Positions 1 through 9,087 of a stretch of 20,000 nt of DNA are shown here, in pieces. A model generated the notes under the pieces. It was not told the origin of the DNA. It did not search any database and was given only the letters and a program-made list of their open reading frames with translations. The first letter of the stretch is position 1; each line of letters begins with the position of its first letter. The DNA comes from Lama guanicoe (taxonomy: Eukaryota): positions 256,094-276,093 of the forward strand of contig MU053802.1 in NCBI GenBank assembly GCA_013239625.1, in the 5' to 3' direction. A program made the position numbers and the translations under genes.

Positions 1-420
1 CTCAGAACTAGGTTTACTTCTTCAAACAATGGTATCACAATCCCATCTGTTTTTCGAGCCATACATCTGGGAGTTTTCCTTTACTTTTCCACTCCCTCAC
101 CCCCGTCAGTACTACAATTCTCTTCCTTAATATCCCCCAACTAAGTCCCTGCCCCTCGCTCCCCACTGCATTAATTCACACCCCTTGCTAGTCTCCCCAG
201 TGCTGTTCTTTAGAGTGAACAATCCACTTTGCTCACTTTTAATGACTAATCTGTGTCACTCTCCTCCTTAAAACCCCAAAGAATTCCCCGCGGCGTATGT
301 GAGGAAGTCCACGCTCCCTGATTTAACGTTACACCTTCTCATCACCTACTTGCTGCTTTTTTTCAGCCTCAGCTTCTGTTAGTTCCTCACAGCCTCTAGC
401 CTCACTGACCTTCCTTCCCT
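1..420 (+). mobile_element. Ancient LINE-2 (L2) fragment
   Basis: Pyrimidine-rich degenerate sequence with L2-like motifs (e.g. 'ctaatctgtgtcactctcctccttaaaaccc'), matched to the recalled L2 3' consensus. Boundaries approximate. Confidence 0.6.
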
Positions 421-1810
421 AAGTGCAAAGTGCTCTTAGACACGACCAGGCGTCTGCACAAGACACGCAAGATGCTGAGAATCCTGTCCCCAACATGCAC
501 TCTCCTGGTCTACAGATTTGCTGGAATCCTTCAGATGTCAGTGAAGAAAACATTTGCTGTCTTACACCTTCCCTACCTTCTAGAACCCTGCCCCAGGCAG
601 TGCAAGAGCCCCTCTGAACATACAGTATACATGATGCCAAGTGACTCTTGCCAAATTGTTTTGAAAACCTATTTAAATTTGTCTCTTCCACGACACACTG
701 TGATCTCCTTGAGGGATGGGGGGCTGTGTGGTATTTGTGTAGACAGCTAATGTCTGGCACAGACCCCGGGCCATTGGAAACCGTCTGCTTACTCATCAAT
801 AATTGTCGTCTTTGCGATGAAAGAAAGACTACATGATCTCTGATCTTACACCATCCGGCAAGGGTCAAAATAATTTCACATAGAACTACACAGGCAAAAT
901 ATGTGTATTCTTTTCCTCTTTGTGAGCCCGAAATCATAGGCATTCTGGAACGTAGGTGCCACTCTTAGCTGTCTGTCCCGTAGGCTGTCACGTCCAGCTT
1001 CAACATATTTTTTAGAGGTTGTAGGGATACGTGTACATCACCCCATCTTACAGCAAACGGTGCTTCAGCCTGACCAAGTTTAATGTCCATATAAAAATCA
1101 GAAATCTTCGAAACTGAAGCCTGAAGAAACATTTCCCTTCTCTCCTTCCAGTCTGTCTGCCATCTTCATCCCACATTCCCACTGCTCTTCTGCGTCAGGC
1201 CACCTTCTATTTAGAAACATTTTCGGTGGGACACTTGGATGAGAACTAATTACAGCAGTCATGAAAATGGTCCCATGAACATAGGCTCTGCACAACAAGG
1301 ATGTTTGACGGGAGGCCTCAGCCGCGGCCTGCAGGGTCTGTTCACGTTTTCTGCCTGGCTTCCCTGCAGACGTTCGGCAGAAAATCAAGCCTGCAGTTAA
1401 AGTCATAGAAGGCCCAAGAAATCCAGAAAAACAGAGTGAGAGTCATCTCATTGGGAATATTTTTGAAAACCATCCACTAATAGGAAGAAGAGATTTAAGA
1501 GGTTCGTTTCAGAGCAGATGATGTCCAACTGCAGGTGGGTCAGTTTTCTCATTGTTGCTTGCTAGTTGGCTTTCTGCTGCTTCTAACACACCACTGTTTA
1601 GAGAAGTGGCCTGAGTCGGCCCTCAGAGCAGAAAGGTGAGCTGGGCCTGGAGACAGCCAAGCTCCTCTGCTGTGTAGTGACCCGCTGAGAAGGAAGGGAT
1701 GGCCCAGGGCTTCCTCTGACTCTCTCCCTCAGTTATAAACTCTATGAAGGGAAAATGGAACAAAAAATCTTAATTCAATATGGAATTGTCAAAGTATAAA
1801 AATAATTGTC

Positions 1811-1975
1811 TTTGGAGGGGATGGAATAGTTCAAGGGGTTGAGTACGTGCTGGGTTCAATTCGCAGTACCTCAATGTAAAAAATAATAAGAAAAGGTCTT
1901 TAAAATAAAAGAAAAATAACAAAGAAGAAAAGAGATCTCAAACAACCCCAGTTTAAAAAGAAAAAAAAAGTCTTT
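1811..1975 (+). mobile_element. tRNA-derived SINE, Vic-1-like (camelid), internally deleted, with A-rich tail
   Basis: GGAGGGGATGGAATAGTTCAAGGGGTTGAGTACGTGC (A-box-like), then TGGGTTCAATTCGCAGTACCTC (B-box), then an A-rich tail. Degenerate flanking repeat taaaaataattgtc / taaaaatagtagtc. Confidence 0.7.
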
Positions 1976-2004
1976 TAAAAATAGTAGTCAGCTCAGTCTT
2001 TTGC

Positions 2005-2075
2005 TAGATTAGGAGTTTGGGATTAAGAGATACACACTACTATGAATAAAATGAATAACCAACTCCCAGGTCCTT
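2005..2075 (+). mobile_element. Short L1 3' UTR fragment (cetartiodactyl type)
   Basis: TTAGGAGTTTGGGATTAAGAGATACACACTACTATGAATAAAATGAATAACCAAC resembles the recalled artiodactyl L1 3' UTR. Confidence 0.65.
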
Positions 2076-2204
2076 AATAACTTATTTCAACCTGAATCCT
2101 TTCTCTTTTTTCCCCTAAGCAACCCGTGGAAGCATCTGAAATTCTCATCTTATAAAAGAATTCATTTAAAGGCGGTTTGAAAGTTACTGGTTAAAACAGT
2201 TATT

Positions 2205-2880
2205 TATGGTTCCATGAATATAAGTCTAGTAAGAAGTACAGACAATAAACTAGTAAGCAAATAAATATATGATGTACTGCCAGGTACTAACAATTGCCAC
2301 AAAGAAACATAAAGTATATTAGGAGAGAAAATGATTGAATAGGAAATATGTGTGTGCTAGTTTAAATAATGTGATCCGATAAGTCCTCTCTGAGGGTAAA
2401 ATGATTTGAACAAAGTCCTGAATGAAGCAAAAGAATAAGCCACGTAGGTAACAGACAAGAAAACCTCCCAGGCCGGGAGAAGTGTAAGTACGAGACTTGG
2501 AGTTACAAACACTGCCGTCCTGATGTGGACCATCTGGGCGGTGAAGATGGGCTGGAGAAGAACGGTGAGACCTGAGGCTGCAGAGACGGGTGAGGGACCG
2601 GACCACACAGGGCCTTGTTAGGGATTCCGGATATCCTTCTGAATACAATGGAAAATCACGAGAGTATTTCACAAAGCGGAACATCTTGATCCGATTCATA
2701 ATTTAATAAGAGGGTTGTGGGTAACATATGGGGAATAAGCAATGGAAGCAGGGCAAGGTAAGCTGATGGGAAGCCAGTGGGAAGAATGCTGCTGCCCTGG
2801 AGACAGACACCGAGGTTGGGCAGGGATGATGGCGGGAGACAGGCTGGAAAGGGGACACGATTTGACAGTAATGATCACAG
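2205..2880 (-). mobile_element. LINE-2 (L2) fragment, antisense
   Basis: Collinear L2 antisense motifs: 'agtctagt..acagacaataaac', 'cctctctgagg..atttgaacaaagtcctgaatgaag', 'cagggccttgt', 'tggaagcaggg'. Confidence 0.75.
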
Positions 2881-3049
2881 GCCTTAGTGCTCGAGTTGGA
2901 TAGAGACACAGAGTGGTTCATGGTGATGGGTATGTGATATTTGGGACTGAGCCACAGTTTTTGTGCAGAGACCTGACAGGAGAATAAAGTGGGGACGTTG
3001 ACGTTGGGAAGAAGGGTTGGTGGGTGTTGAATTCCCCCTACAGCTGCAT

Positions 3050-3800
3050 CTCTGTTTCTCTGTAGATGAAGTCAGCAGAGCAGGGATGGGTGTTCCTGCG
3101 TCTGCAAAGAATTGCGTGTCGTCCTCATCGACAAATTCGAGAGGCCGACCTGCCCATCCAATTGCAACATCTTGAATCTGCTTCTTTCTATCCAGGAGGA
3201 GATTTCCAACTAAGATGCCAATCAAAAATTCCCGTGTCCAGAGTTAGAGCTGTGTGCCTTTGGGTTGATCTCAGAGATGCCTCCAAAGAGGCTTGGTGTG
3301 CTCTCTCTCCCTCTGAGCACACAGTTCCCTTCAGTCTGGTGGGTCTCAGCAGAGAAGATTTCAGAAATAGCCCCTCTCAGGCCCTGGGGACGAACCTCCT
3401 GCTTGGCCGAGCTCTGAAAATGAGCACGAGTTCCAGGCAAAGGGCGTTCTCCAGGCCGCCATCTGGCAGATTACATGGGGACAGTGTACAAAAGAGTGTG
3501 AGGGTTGATGGTATAAATGGATTTTAATTTTTGCTCTGTGTCTGATTCTGTCCTTCCATTTTGTTAAGGAAGTGTTGTTAGGCCAGACATGATTCTCCTT
3601 TTTTCTTTCTATTTGATCATCCAAGAGGTTTAGATAGGGTATTTGTTTTAGGGTAAGAATCTTAAAAAAAAAAAAACCTTGCATATTGGTCTTGTTAGGT
3701 ATTTGGGCAAGTAAATTCTCCCAGCAATATTGAAACCACTTGTTCCTCCAGGGGGTCTCCAAAGGTATACATTTTCCAAATCTGACCCAAGACCAATGAG
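3050..3800 (-). mobile_element. Degenerate endogenous retrovirus internal (gag-like) remnant
   Basis: Broken minus-strand frames give ..LGSDLENVYLWRPPGGTSGF.. (matrix-start-like), GAISEIFSAETHQTEGNCVLRGRESTPSLFGG (capsid major-homology-region-like) and IGILVGNLLLDRKKQIQDVAIGWAGRPLEFV..TQFF (capsid C-terminal-like). It lies directly downstream of a same-strand LTR remnant. Frameshifted. Confidence 0.55.
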
Positions 3801-3849
3801 CCTTTTCTTTTTTTTAAGCACTTCACCATGGACAATAGATGTCACTAAA

Positions 3850-4157
3850 GAAGGTGAGAAAAGAGCAGGTCCGAATCATCCAGTGTCCCTCCCAAAAAGC
3901 CCAGAGAAGTAAAGAGGAGATGAACGAGAGAAATGGTTTATTTATACACACGCAGGAGCCAACCAGAAAGGTAACTACCATGTCAAATGGTGAAAGTTAA
4001 AGGCTTTGTTATCAACCTAACTTAATAGGGCAAAATGAAAGGAGAGAACTGGCTTCCATGACAGATTTTCTTCTGCATCTATTGAATCTCAGGTATCTTC
4101 AGCTTAAAGTGCTATTGTATTAACCGTGGGTTCCATCTGACTTTCCATTCCTCGAAC
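3850..4157 (-). mobile_element. ERV1 (MER4-group-like) LTR remnant
   Basis: Minus strand reads TTTAAGCTGAAGATACCTGAGATTCAATAGATGCAGAAG, typical of MER4-group LTR 5' regions, followed by GGCTCC..AATAAA (3942-3937). Confidence 0.55.
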
Positions 4158-4440
4158 TTTGTTCTTCTTTTTCAAGATTCACTCATGTATTCTGACCCCC
4201 TGGATTTTCCACGTGAATTTTCAATTGATTGTCAATTCCTGCAAAACACCACCTGGGATTTGGGTAGGCATTCTTTGAATCCTTAGATCTATTCGTGGAC
4301 TGTTGTCATCTTAGTAGAATGAAGCCTCCTGCTCCATGAATATGGGATTATTCTCTGTGAATGTAGGTCTTAATTTCTCTCAACAGAATCTCTCCTTTAT
4401 TGTAGTCTTCAGTGTCCAAGTCTGGTACTTCTTCCACACT
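4158..4440 (-). mobile_element. Old L1 ORF2 fragment, antisense
   Basis: 'ttgttcttctttttcaagatt', 'ttgtcaattcctgcaaaa..ctgggatt', 'tccatgaatatgggat..taggtctt' are collinear with the L1M ORF2 antisense consensus. Confidence 0.8.
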
Positions 4441-4619
4441 TGTATTGGATGCTGATTCAGAAGAGACACGACCTCCTGGAGAACCTCTGCTACCAAGGAG
4501 CAGACATGGAACTGAGTCCTGAGAAGGCTTTAAATTCTTTTAAAAATAAGATTAATGTACTTAAATTATTCCATAGATGAGTAATGAATAGGTCACAATA
4601 ACATAGGATTTTAATCCTT

Positions 4620-5480
4620 TTAGAATTAGTAGAGTAATACAGACACATTACAAAAAATTGAAATATTGCCTAAAAGTGAAGAGATTTGTAATTCCCACCC
4701 ACAGAGGTGACTGTCATGAATGATTTGGTGTTTATGTCTCAGTCTGTGTGTCTCTCAGTATGTCTCTCTCCATCTCTGTCTCTCACACACTCACAATCAG
4801 ATCAATTTCCATCTATGCTGATTTCACACATATGTGGTCATGCAGATGGGACCCTGGGTGCAGACTGTGGGTCTGCATACTTCCACCCTGAGGCCTCCCT
4901 TGACGTTGGGTTGAGACCAGGCACCCACTTTTCCAACTGTACAGCGTCCATTCATCCACATGAACCAGAACGAATGGACCCCCTCCCCTCTCCATCAATA
5001 TTAGTGTTGCTTTAATTCCGACTGTTTCAACCAGTGCTGTGATGATCACCCTTGAAAAGGCATCTTTGAATAGGTGTGTAAGGATTTTAGTGGGATGAAC
5101 TGTAAGGATCAGAACTTCTGGGGAAGAGATGCATCTGTGGCCCTTTGATGCGTCCTGCACCCTGTTCTCCTGAAGAGGAGCGTCCCTTCACTCTTCCCTC
5201 CAGGGGATCTGCTGGAGCCTCTGTCTGCTTACATTGTCACCAGGGCTGGTTGTCACCTGACTGAAGACCCGCTAGTGTGATGGTGACCGGTGCTGTCTCT
5301 GCAGTGTTTCCTTCTGCCTGTGTTCTCACCTGAGAGGTCAAGCATCTCCAACACACACTGGCCACCTGCATTGCCTCTCATTGGAACTGCCCATGCCTGT
5401 TGTGTTTCTGTTTAGAACACTGGGTTTTGAAAGGATTTTGGACTACAGGGATGGGAAATCTTTCTCCAACCTCGGGTTAT
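4620..5480 (-). mobile_element. Very old L1 (L1ME-like) 3' region, antisense
   Basis: Degenerate motifs 'cccacccacagaggtgactgtcatgaatgatttggtg', 'agtgctgtgatgatcacccttg', 'gaggtcaagcatctc..tggccacctgcatt..gaactgcc'. Confidence 0.5.
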
Positions 5481-6050
5481 GAGGAATGCATTTTCCAGGT
5501 TGTGGTTTGATTTTCAAGCAGTTTTTCTGGGCTTTTGTTAATTTTTTTGAATTGTTTTGTTTTGTTTTTGCCACAGGAAGGGCGAAACATCTCCCTTGTG
5601 TCTTCTGGCTGTGGTGTCACGGGGGGAACAGCAGTGTCTACCCTGAGATTATGCACAGAGTTACTAAAAGGGCTTCATTTTGTGCATCACATCTTTAATC
5701 CTCCTGGATATCCCCTTAAAAAAATAATAAATTGCTGTTTCAAGTGAAAACAAAAAAAAATCATCAGCTCCAGCTTAAAACATGTGGGCAGGGACAAAAA
5801 AAAAAAGCTTTTTTAAAGTTTCATTGAAAGGGAACAGCCAGGAGAGGTAAAGACACACAGAGAGAAAGAGGACTTTGGGTTGTCAGGGGCTGGGTGAGGA
5901 GGGAGGGGAGTGCGGTCTTTGGATCCAAGGTTTCACTTTGAAGAAAGAAATAGTGTGAAACTAGATGGTAGTGATGGTCGCACAACATTGTGAATGGCCC
6001 TAATGCTCCTGAATTGCACAATTTAAAAGGGGAAAAGCCTATATTTTATT
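5054..6050 (+). repeat. ~1 kb direct repeat, copy 1 (partner 9088-10077)
   Basis: Collinear with copy 2 throughout. Exact anchors: TTGTCACCAGGGCTGGTTGTCACC (5234-5257 / 9267-9290) and GAGATTATGCACAGAGTTACTAAAAGGGCTTCATTT (5645-5680 / 9666-9701). Confidence 0.95.
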
Positions 6051-6075
6051 AATGAAACTCTAAAAAGAAAAATAA
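5820..6075 (+). mobile_element. L1MB-like 3' end
   Basis: 'acacagagagaaag..ggttgtcaggggctggg..tagatggtagtgatggtcgcacaacattgtgaat..ctgaattgcacaatttaaaa' followed by A-rich sequence. Confidence 0.8.
6045..6050 (-). terminator. Candidate polyadenylation signal AATAAA for the RALGDS-like unit
   Basis: TTTATT on the + strand, ~100 nt past the TGA at 6155-6153. The motif is retained in repeat copy 2 at 10072-10077. Confidence 0.45.
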
Positions 6076-6152
6076 AGGATACCATAAATGATGTGAAACA
6101 AACAAAGGAAACTAAAGAAAACCAAACAAAAACATCTCCAGCGGAAGGGACA

Positions 6153-6415
6153 TCACGTTTGGGAGGGAGAGGGGGAGGACTGATGGTGGGATTTTGAACA
6201 TTTTGCAGAAGAAGGTGTGGGTGGGCGCAGAGGGGGCTCTGCCCCAGGTGGTGGTGATGCCTGAACTGGTTCTCCGTTGCCCAGCAGTCCAGCTGCAGAT
6301 ACAGGTTCAGGAGGAGCTGCAGGAGCGGCAGGAGGGAGCTCGGGGTCTCCTGCTGGATCAAGATCGTCCTTTTTTTGGTCTCTGACATCTTCCCCTGCCC
6401 CTGCCTCCTCTGTAA
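6153..6415 (-). other. Terminal exon of the RALGDS-like unit (open, Pro/Ala/Glu-rich)
   Basis: Acceptor ctctctccacatccaatag| (AG at 6417-6416). Phase 1 matches the upstream donor GAA G|gt (6722). Reads (V)TEEAGAGEDVRDQKKDDLDPAGDPELPPAAPAAPPEPVSAAGLLGNGEPVQASPPPGAEPPLRPPTPSSAKCSKSHHQSSPSPSQT*. Confidence 0.7.
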
Positions 6416-7438
6416 CTATTGGATGTGGAGAGAGTTTTAAGTCTTGTGGAAGAGCTCATGCTGTGAGAGAGGAAAAATTTACCCACCTGCCTCCCTTTCC
6501 ATGTGCCTCTTCAAGCACAGAAACCTTCCCAGAGCTTTCCAGACAGCTCCCACCCAGAAAGTGCCCACAGGATGTGTTCTGTGACTGAATTTTTCCAGAC
6601 AGGTGGTCTGAGGCCATTCTTTGCTCTCGTTCCAACATTAGCCTCTGGGGACACTTCCCTGTGTGACCCAGCCCTCACCCCTCCCTCACCTGCACACATG
6701 CACCAGCCCTGCCTTTCTGACCTTCGGGCTCTGCTTCAGGGGCTCCTGGTCCTCCACCTGACTTGCAGCGAGGTGGGCACAGTGCTGCAGGTCAGAGCCG
6801 AGTGTGCTGAGCTACCCGTCAGCCCCAGGCAGGTCCCTGGGAAAGCCCTGGGTGAGGTCTGGGTCGGAGACCTACCCCACTGATTTCTGGGCCATGGTGG
6901 TGGGGACCCCTCCATATCCAGACCCACCTGGAGCCTGCGCTGGACTTAAGAGTGGCACACCAGCCCTTCACTTGGGGAGGGGGCGTTGGTGTTCTTATTC
7001 ATCAGCTTCTGTTCAATATGTGGTATCTGGCTCTGCAATGACAGTGACCAGCAGCTGACCCGGCCTGGAAGTCTCAGAGCCCTGCCTGGCCAGGAACACT
7101 CCTGATTCTGTCCAATCGACCCTCTGCTGCCAGATCAGACCGGTACCTTGTTCAGCTCAGACACCCGAGAGGGAAAAGACATACCCAGAGTGCATGGGCT
7201 CCACCTCGGGCAGCAGGACCCTTCCCTGGCTCTCCACATCCCAGCCAGCCAGCTTTGACCTGGGCTGTGGATGTGACCGGCCCCCCAGGCCTCTGACATG
7301 CACTTGCTTGAGGCAGAAATCCATCCCCAACATGACTTCCCCACCTCCACCAGCCAGGAAGGGGCCGTGGGGCTACCTGGGTGGGATATGAGTGGTGGCC
7401 CGGCCTGAGCGGGCCTGCCCTGGGCCTCCCTGTGTTAC

Positions 7439-7573
7439 CTTTGGGTCTCTCTGGCCAAAAGGCCAGAGGCGCCTTGGGTGAGACCTGACCCAGTGCCAGC
7501 AGCGTTGGTACAGCCCCTCGCTGCGGGCTTTCCGGGGACTTCAGCCTCGGGATTTTGGGATGCAGCAGAACAT
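7439..7573 (-). other. First coding exon of the RALGDS-like unit (45 codons, nonsense at codon 11)
   Basis: ATG in context GAGGC-ATG; 135 nt ending AAG|GTAACA in phase 0. Confidence 0.8.
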
Positions 7574-7661
7574 GCCTCTGTCTCCAACCAGGTGAGCTGA
7601 GTAGGGACTTCTCTACAGAGCGGGTGCTTGGTGACTTCGGTTCCAAGTTCTGTTGGGCTCT

Positions 7662-7690
7662 GTTGCCAGGGAAGTGAGGTCACTTCCTGG
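7662..7690. promoter_or_regulatory. Candidate proximal promoter: RFX X-box-like, CRE-like and inverted ETS-core motifs
   Basis: GTTGCCAGGGAAG (7662-7674), TGAGGTCA (7675-7682) and the dyad GGAAGTGA-gg-TCACTTCC (7670-7687), ~90-115 nt upstream of the ATG at 7573. Confidence 0.5.
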
Positions 7691-8444
7691 GGTCCACTTA
7701 TCCAAGCTTCCTCCTGACACAAAGCTCCCCATGGGCCTTTCTGGGCTGCTGATCTCTCATTTCTCACTCCATGTCATGTCCACACAGAGTGACACAAACT
7801 CAGCCCCCCCCATAGTCCTTGGGAGGCCTGGATGCAGCCAGCACCACAGCTCTGAAGACACAGCTGTGTTCAGACCTGGCTGCCCTCACTCAGCAGTGCC
7901 ATCATCATGAACAAGCCTCGTGCCTCTCAGGTTCTCCCCAATCCCCAATCGGCACAGTGGGGATCATTCTGGCCCCTGTTTCCTAGAGAAGCCATCCTGT
8001 CTCTAGACCTAGAAACATCTACTGCATCTGTCACCCCCATGGGCTGGCATCACAGGGAGCTCGTGCACAGACTCAGCAAAGGAAGGACCCCACAGAGGGC
8101 TGGCCAGGGTCTGCCATGAGTTCTGAAGAAAGTCACTTTCCTTGCTGCTTGCTTCCCAGCTCCCTGTCCTGAGACTGAAATTAAATACAACTTTGACATC
8201 GTCCGCTCTTGCATACAGCCTCCAAGGTCATTCTGTCATGTTGATGTACAGGCCCAATGTCCCATCTCGGACTCTGTGGTGGGCTGCCCCACAATGTCTT
8301 CCTATGCTTTGCCTTCTGTTCCCATGCCCTTGTGGGATCCCCACATCCTCCCCTGGAGGGTGGATGGACTTTGAGACCAGGTTATGACATGCAGGCTGAC
8401 TTGTGAAAATGTGAGTTCCACTCCTTCCCAGCTCCAGTGTTCCT

Positions 8445-8600
8445 TGTCTCTGTCTCTAAGTGCATCTCTCTCTGACTTGTCTCTCTCTCTGTTTCTCTGT
8501 CTCCCCCTGCTTCTCTGTGTTTCAGTCTGTCTGTCTCTTTTCCTGTATGTATGTGTGTATATATTTATGTGTATATGTGTGTATTTATGTGTGTGTATTT
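8445..8600. repeat. Degenerate (TC/TCTG)n followed by (TG/TA)n simple repeat
   Basis: Directly visible low-complexity tract. Confidence 0.85.
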
Positions 8601-8668
8601 TTTGGGCCCAGGGCAGGTCACTTCTGAAAATCCCTTGATGACATATTGATTATTTTGTATTCATGTTA

Positions 8669-9076
8669 TGAAGGAAAAGCCCAGCTGGGCTAACGAGCTA
8701 AGTCACAAATCTAAGTGTGATAAGTGTCGGTTTACTGATATAAGTTCTGCTGGGCTAACTTGTAAATCTGAAGTTTAGTGTCAGTTTACTGGGCTAACAA
8801 GCTAACTCATAAATCCAAGCTCAACAAGTATCAGTAACGTGAACTGTTCCGAATTGATAAGCTTCAGTGTGCTGATTCCTTGCTTTTTGTTGTTTGAGCC
8901 TTATTGGCTAATAGCCCCATACTTGTAATTAACCCTATAAAACCTCATGTGCACATCTTGGAGGTGCTCAGAGCTTCGGAGCAGAAGCCCCTCTGAGCCC
9001 GCCGGCGTAATAAATCTGAGTACTCCAACTCTCCGAGTGGTGCTTGTATCTTGGCTGGCCTGTCATTTCTGTAACA
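8669..9076 (+). mobile_element. Solo retroviral LTR (408 bp) with 6-bp target-site duplication, probably ERV class II
   Basis: TG...CA ends; ATGTTA at both 8663-8668 and 9077-9082; ATTGG 8903-8907; TATAAAA 8936-8942; AATAAA 9009-9014; CTGGGCTAAC three times in U3 (8685, 8750, 8789). Confidence 0.9.
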
Positions 9077-9087
9077 ATGTTACTAAA

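Larger units (their letters stand above)
6153..7573 (-). pseudogene. Truncated, intron-containing RALGDS-like (Ral guanine nucleotide dissociation stimulator-like) pseudogene
   Basis: Exon 7573-7439 reads MFCCIPKSRG*SPRKARSEGLYQRCWHWVRSHPRRLWPFGQRDPK|gtaac, resembling the MF(S)CC..RG..LWPF N-terminus of multicopy RALGDS-like genes. Region 6814-6722 reads *LSTLGSDLQHCAHLAASQVEDQEP/EAEPE|gtcag, versus RALGDS REM-end QLNMPGSDLERRAHLLLAQLEHSEPIEAEPE. Last exon 6415-6153 is a Pro/Ala/Glu-rich linker. Lesions: TGA at 7543-7541, TAG at 6814-6812 and a 1-nt frameshift in the ancestral frame. No CDC25 or RA domain seen. Confidence 0.85.

Noticed and set aside
419..943. 174-aa minus-strand ORF
   Set aside because: No recognisable homology or exon structure; it lies among old repeats.
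1811..1880. tRNA gene
   Set aside because: The anticodon arm is missing and an A-rich tail follows, so it is a SINE.
6023..6388. 121-aa ORF MSETKKRT.. with a hydrophobic C-terminus
   Set aside because: The hydrophobic tail comes from a T-rich antisense A-tract. The phase-1 Pro/Ala/Glu frame fits the RALGDS linker better, although this frame cannot be fully excluded.
7541..7543. TGA at codon 11 as selenocysteine or readthrough
   Set aside because: No SECIS recognised, and other lesions are present. A simple nonsense mutation is more parsimonious.
7152..7646. 164-aa ORF MEPKSPSTRS.. as the real product
   Set aside because: It has a non-ATG start and runs through the splice donor. The family-like frame is the overlapping MFCC.. 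frame.
8664..9076. Alternative LTR boundary TGTTA...TAACA
   Set aside because: It gives no target-site duplication, whereas a start at 8669 gives a perfect 6-bp ATGTTA duplication.
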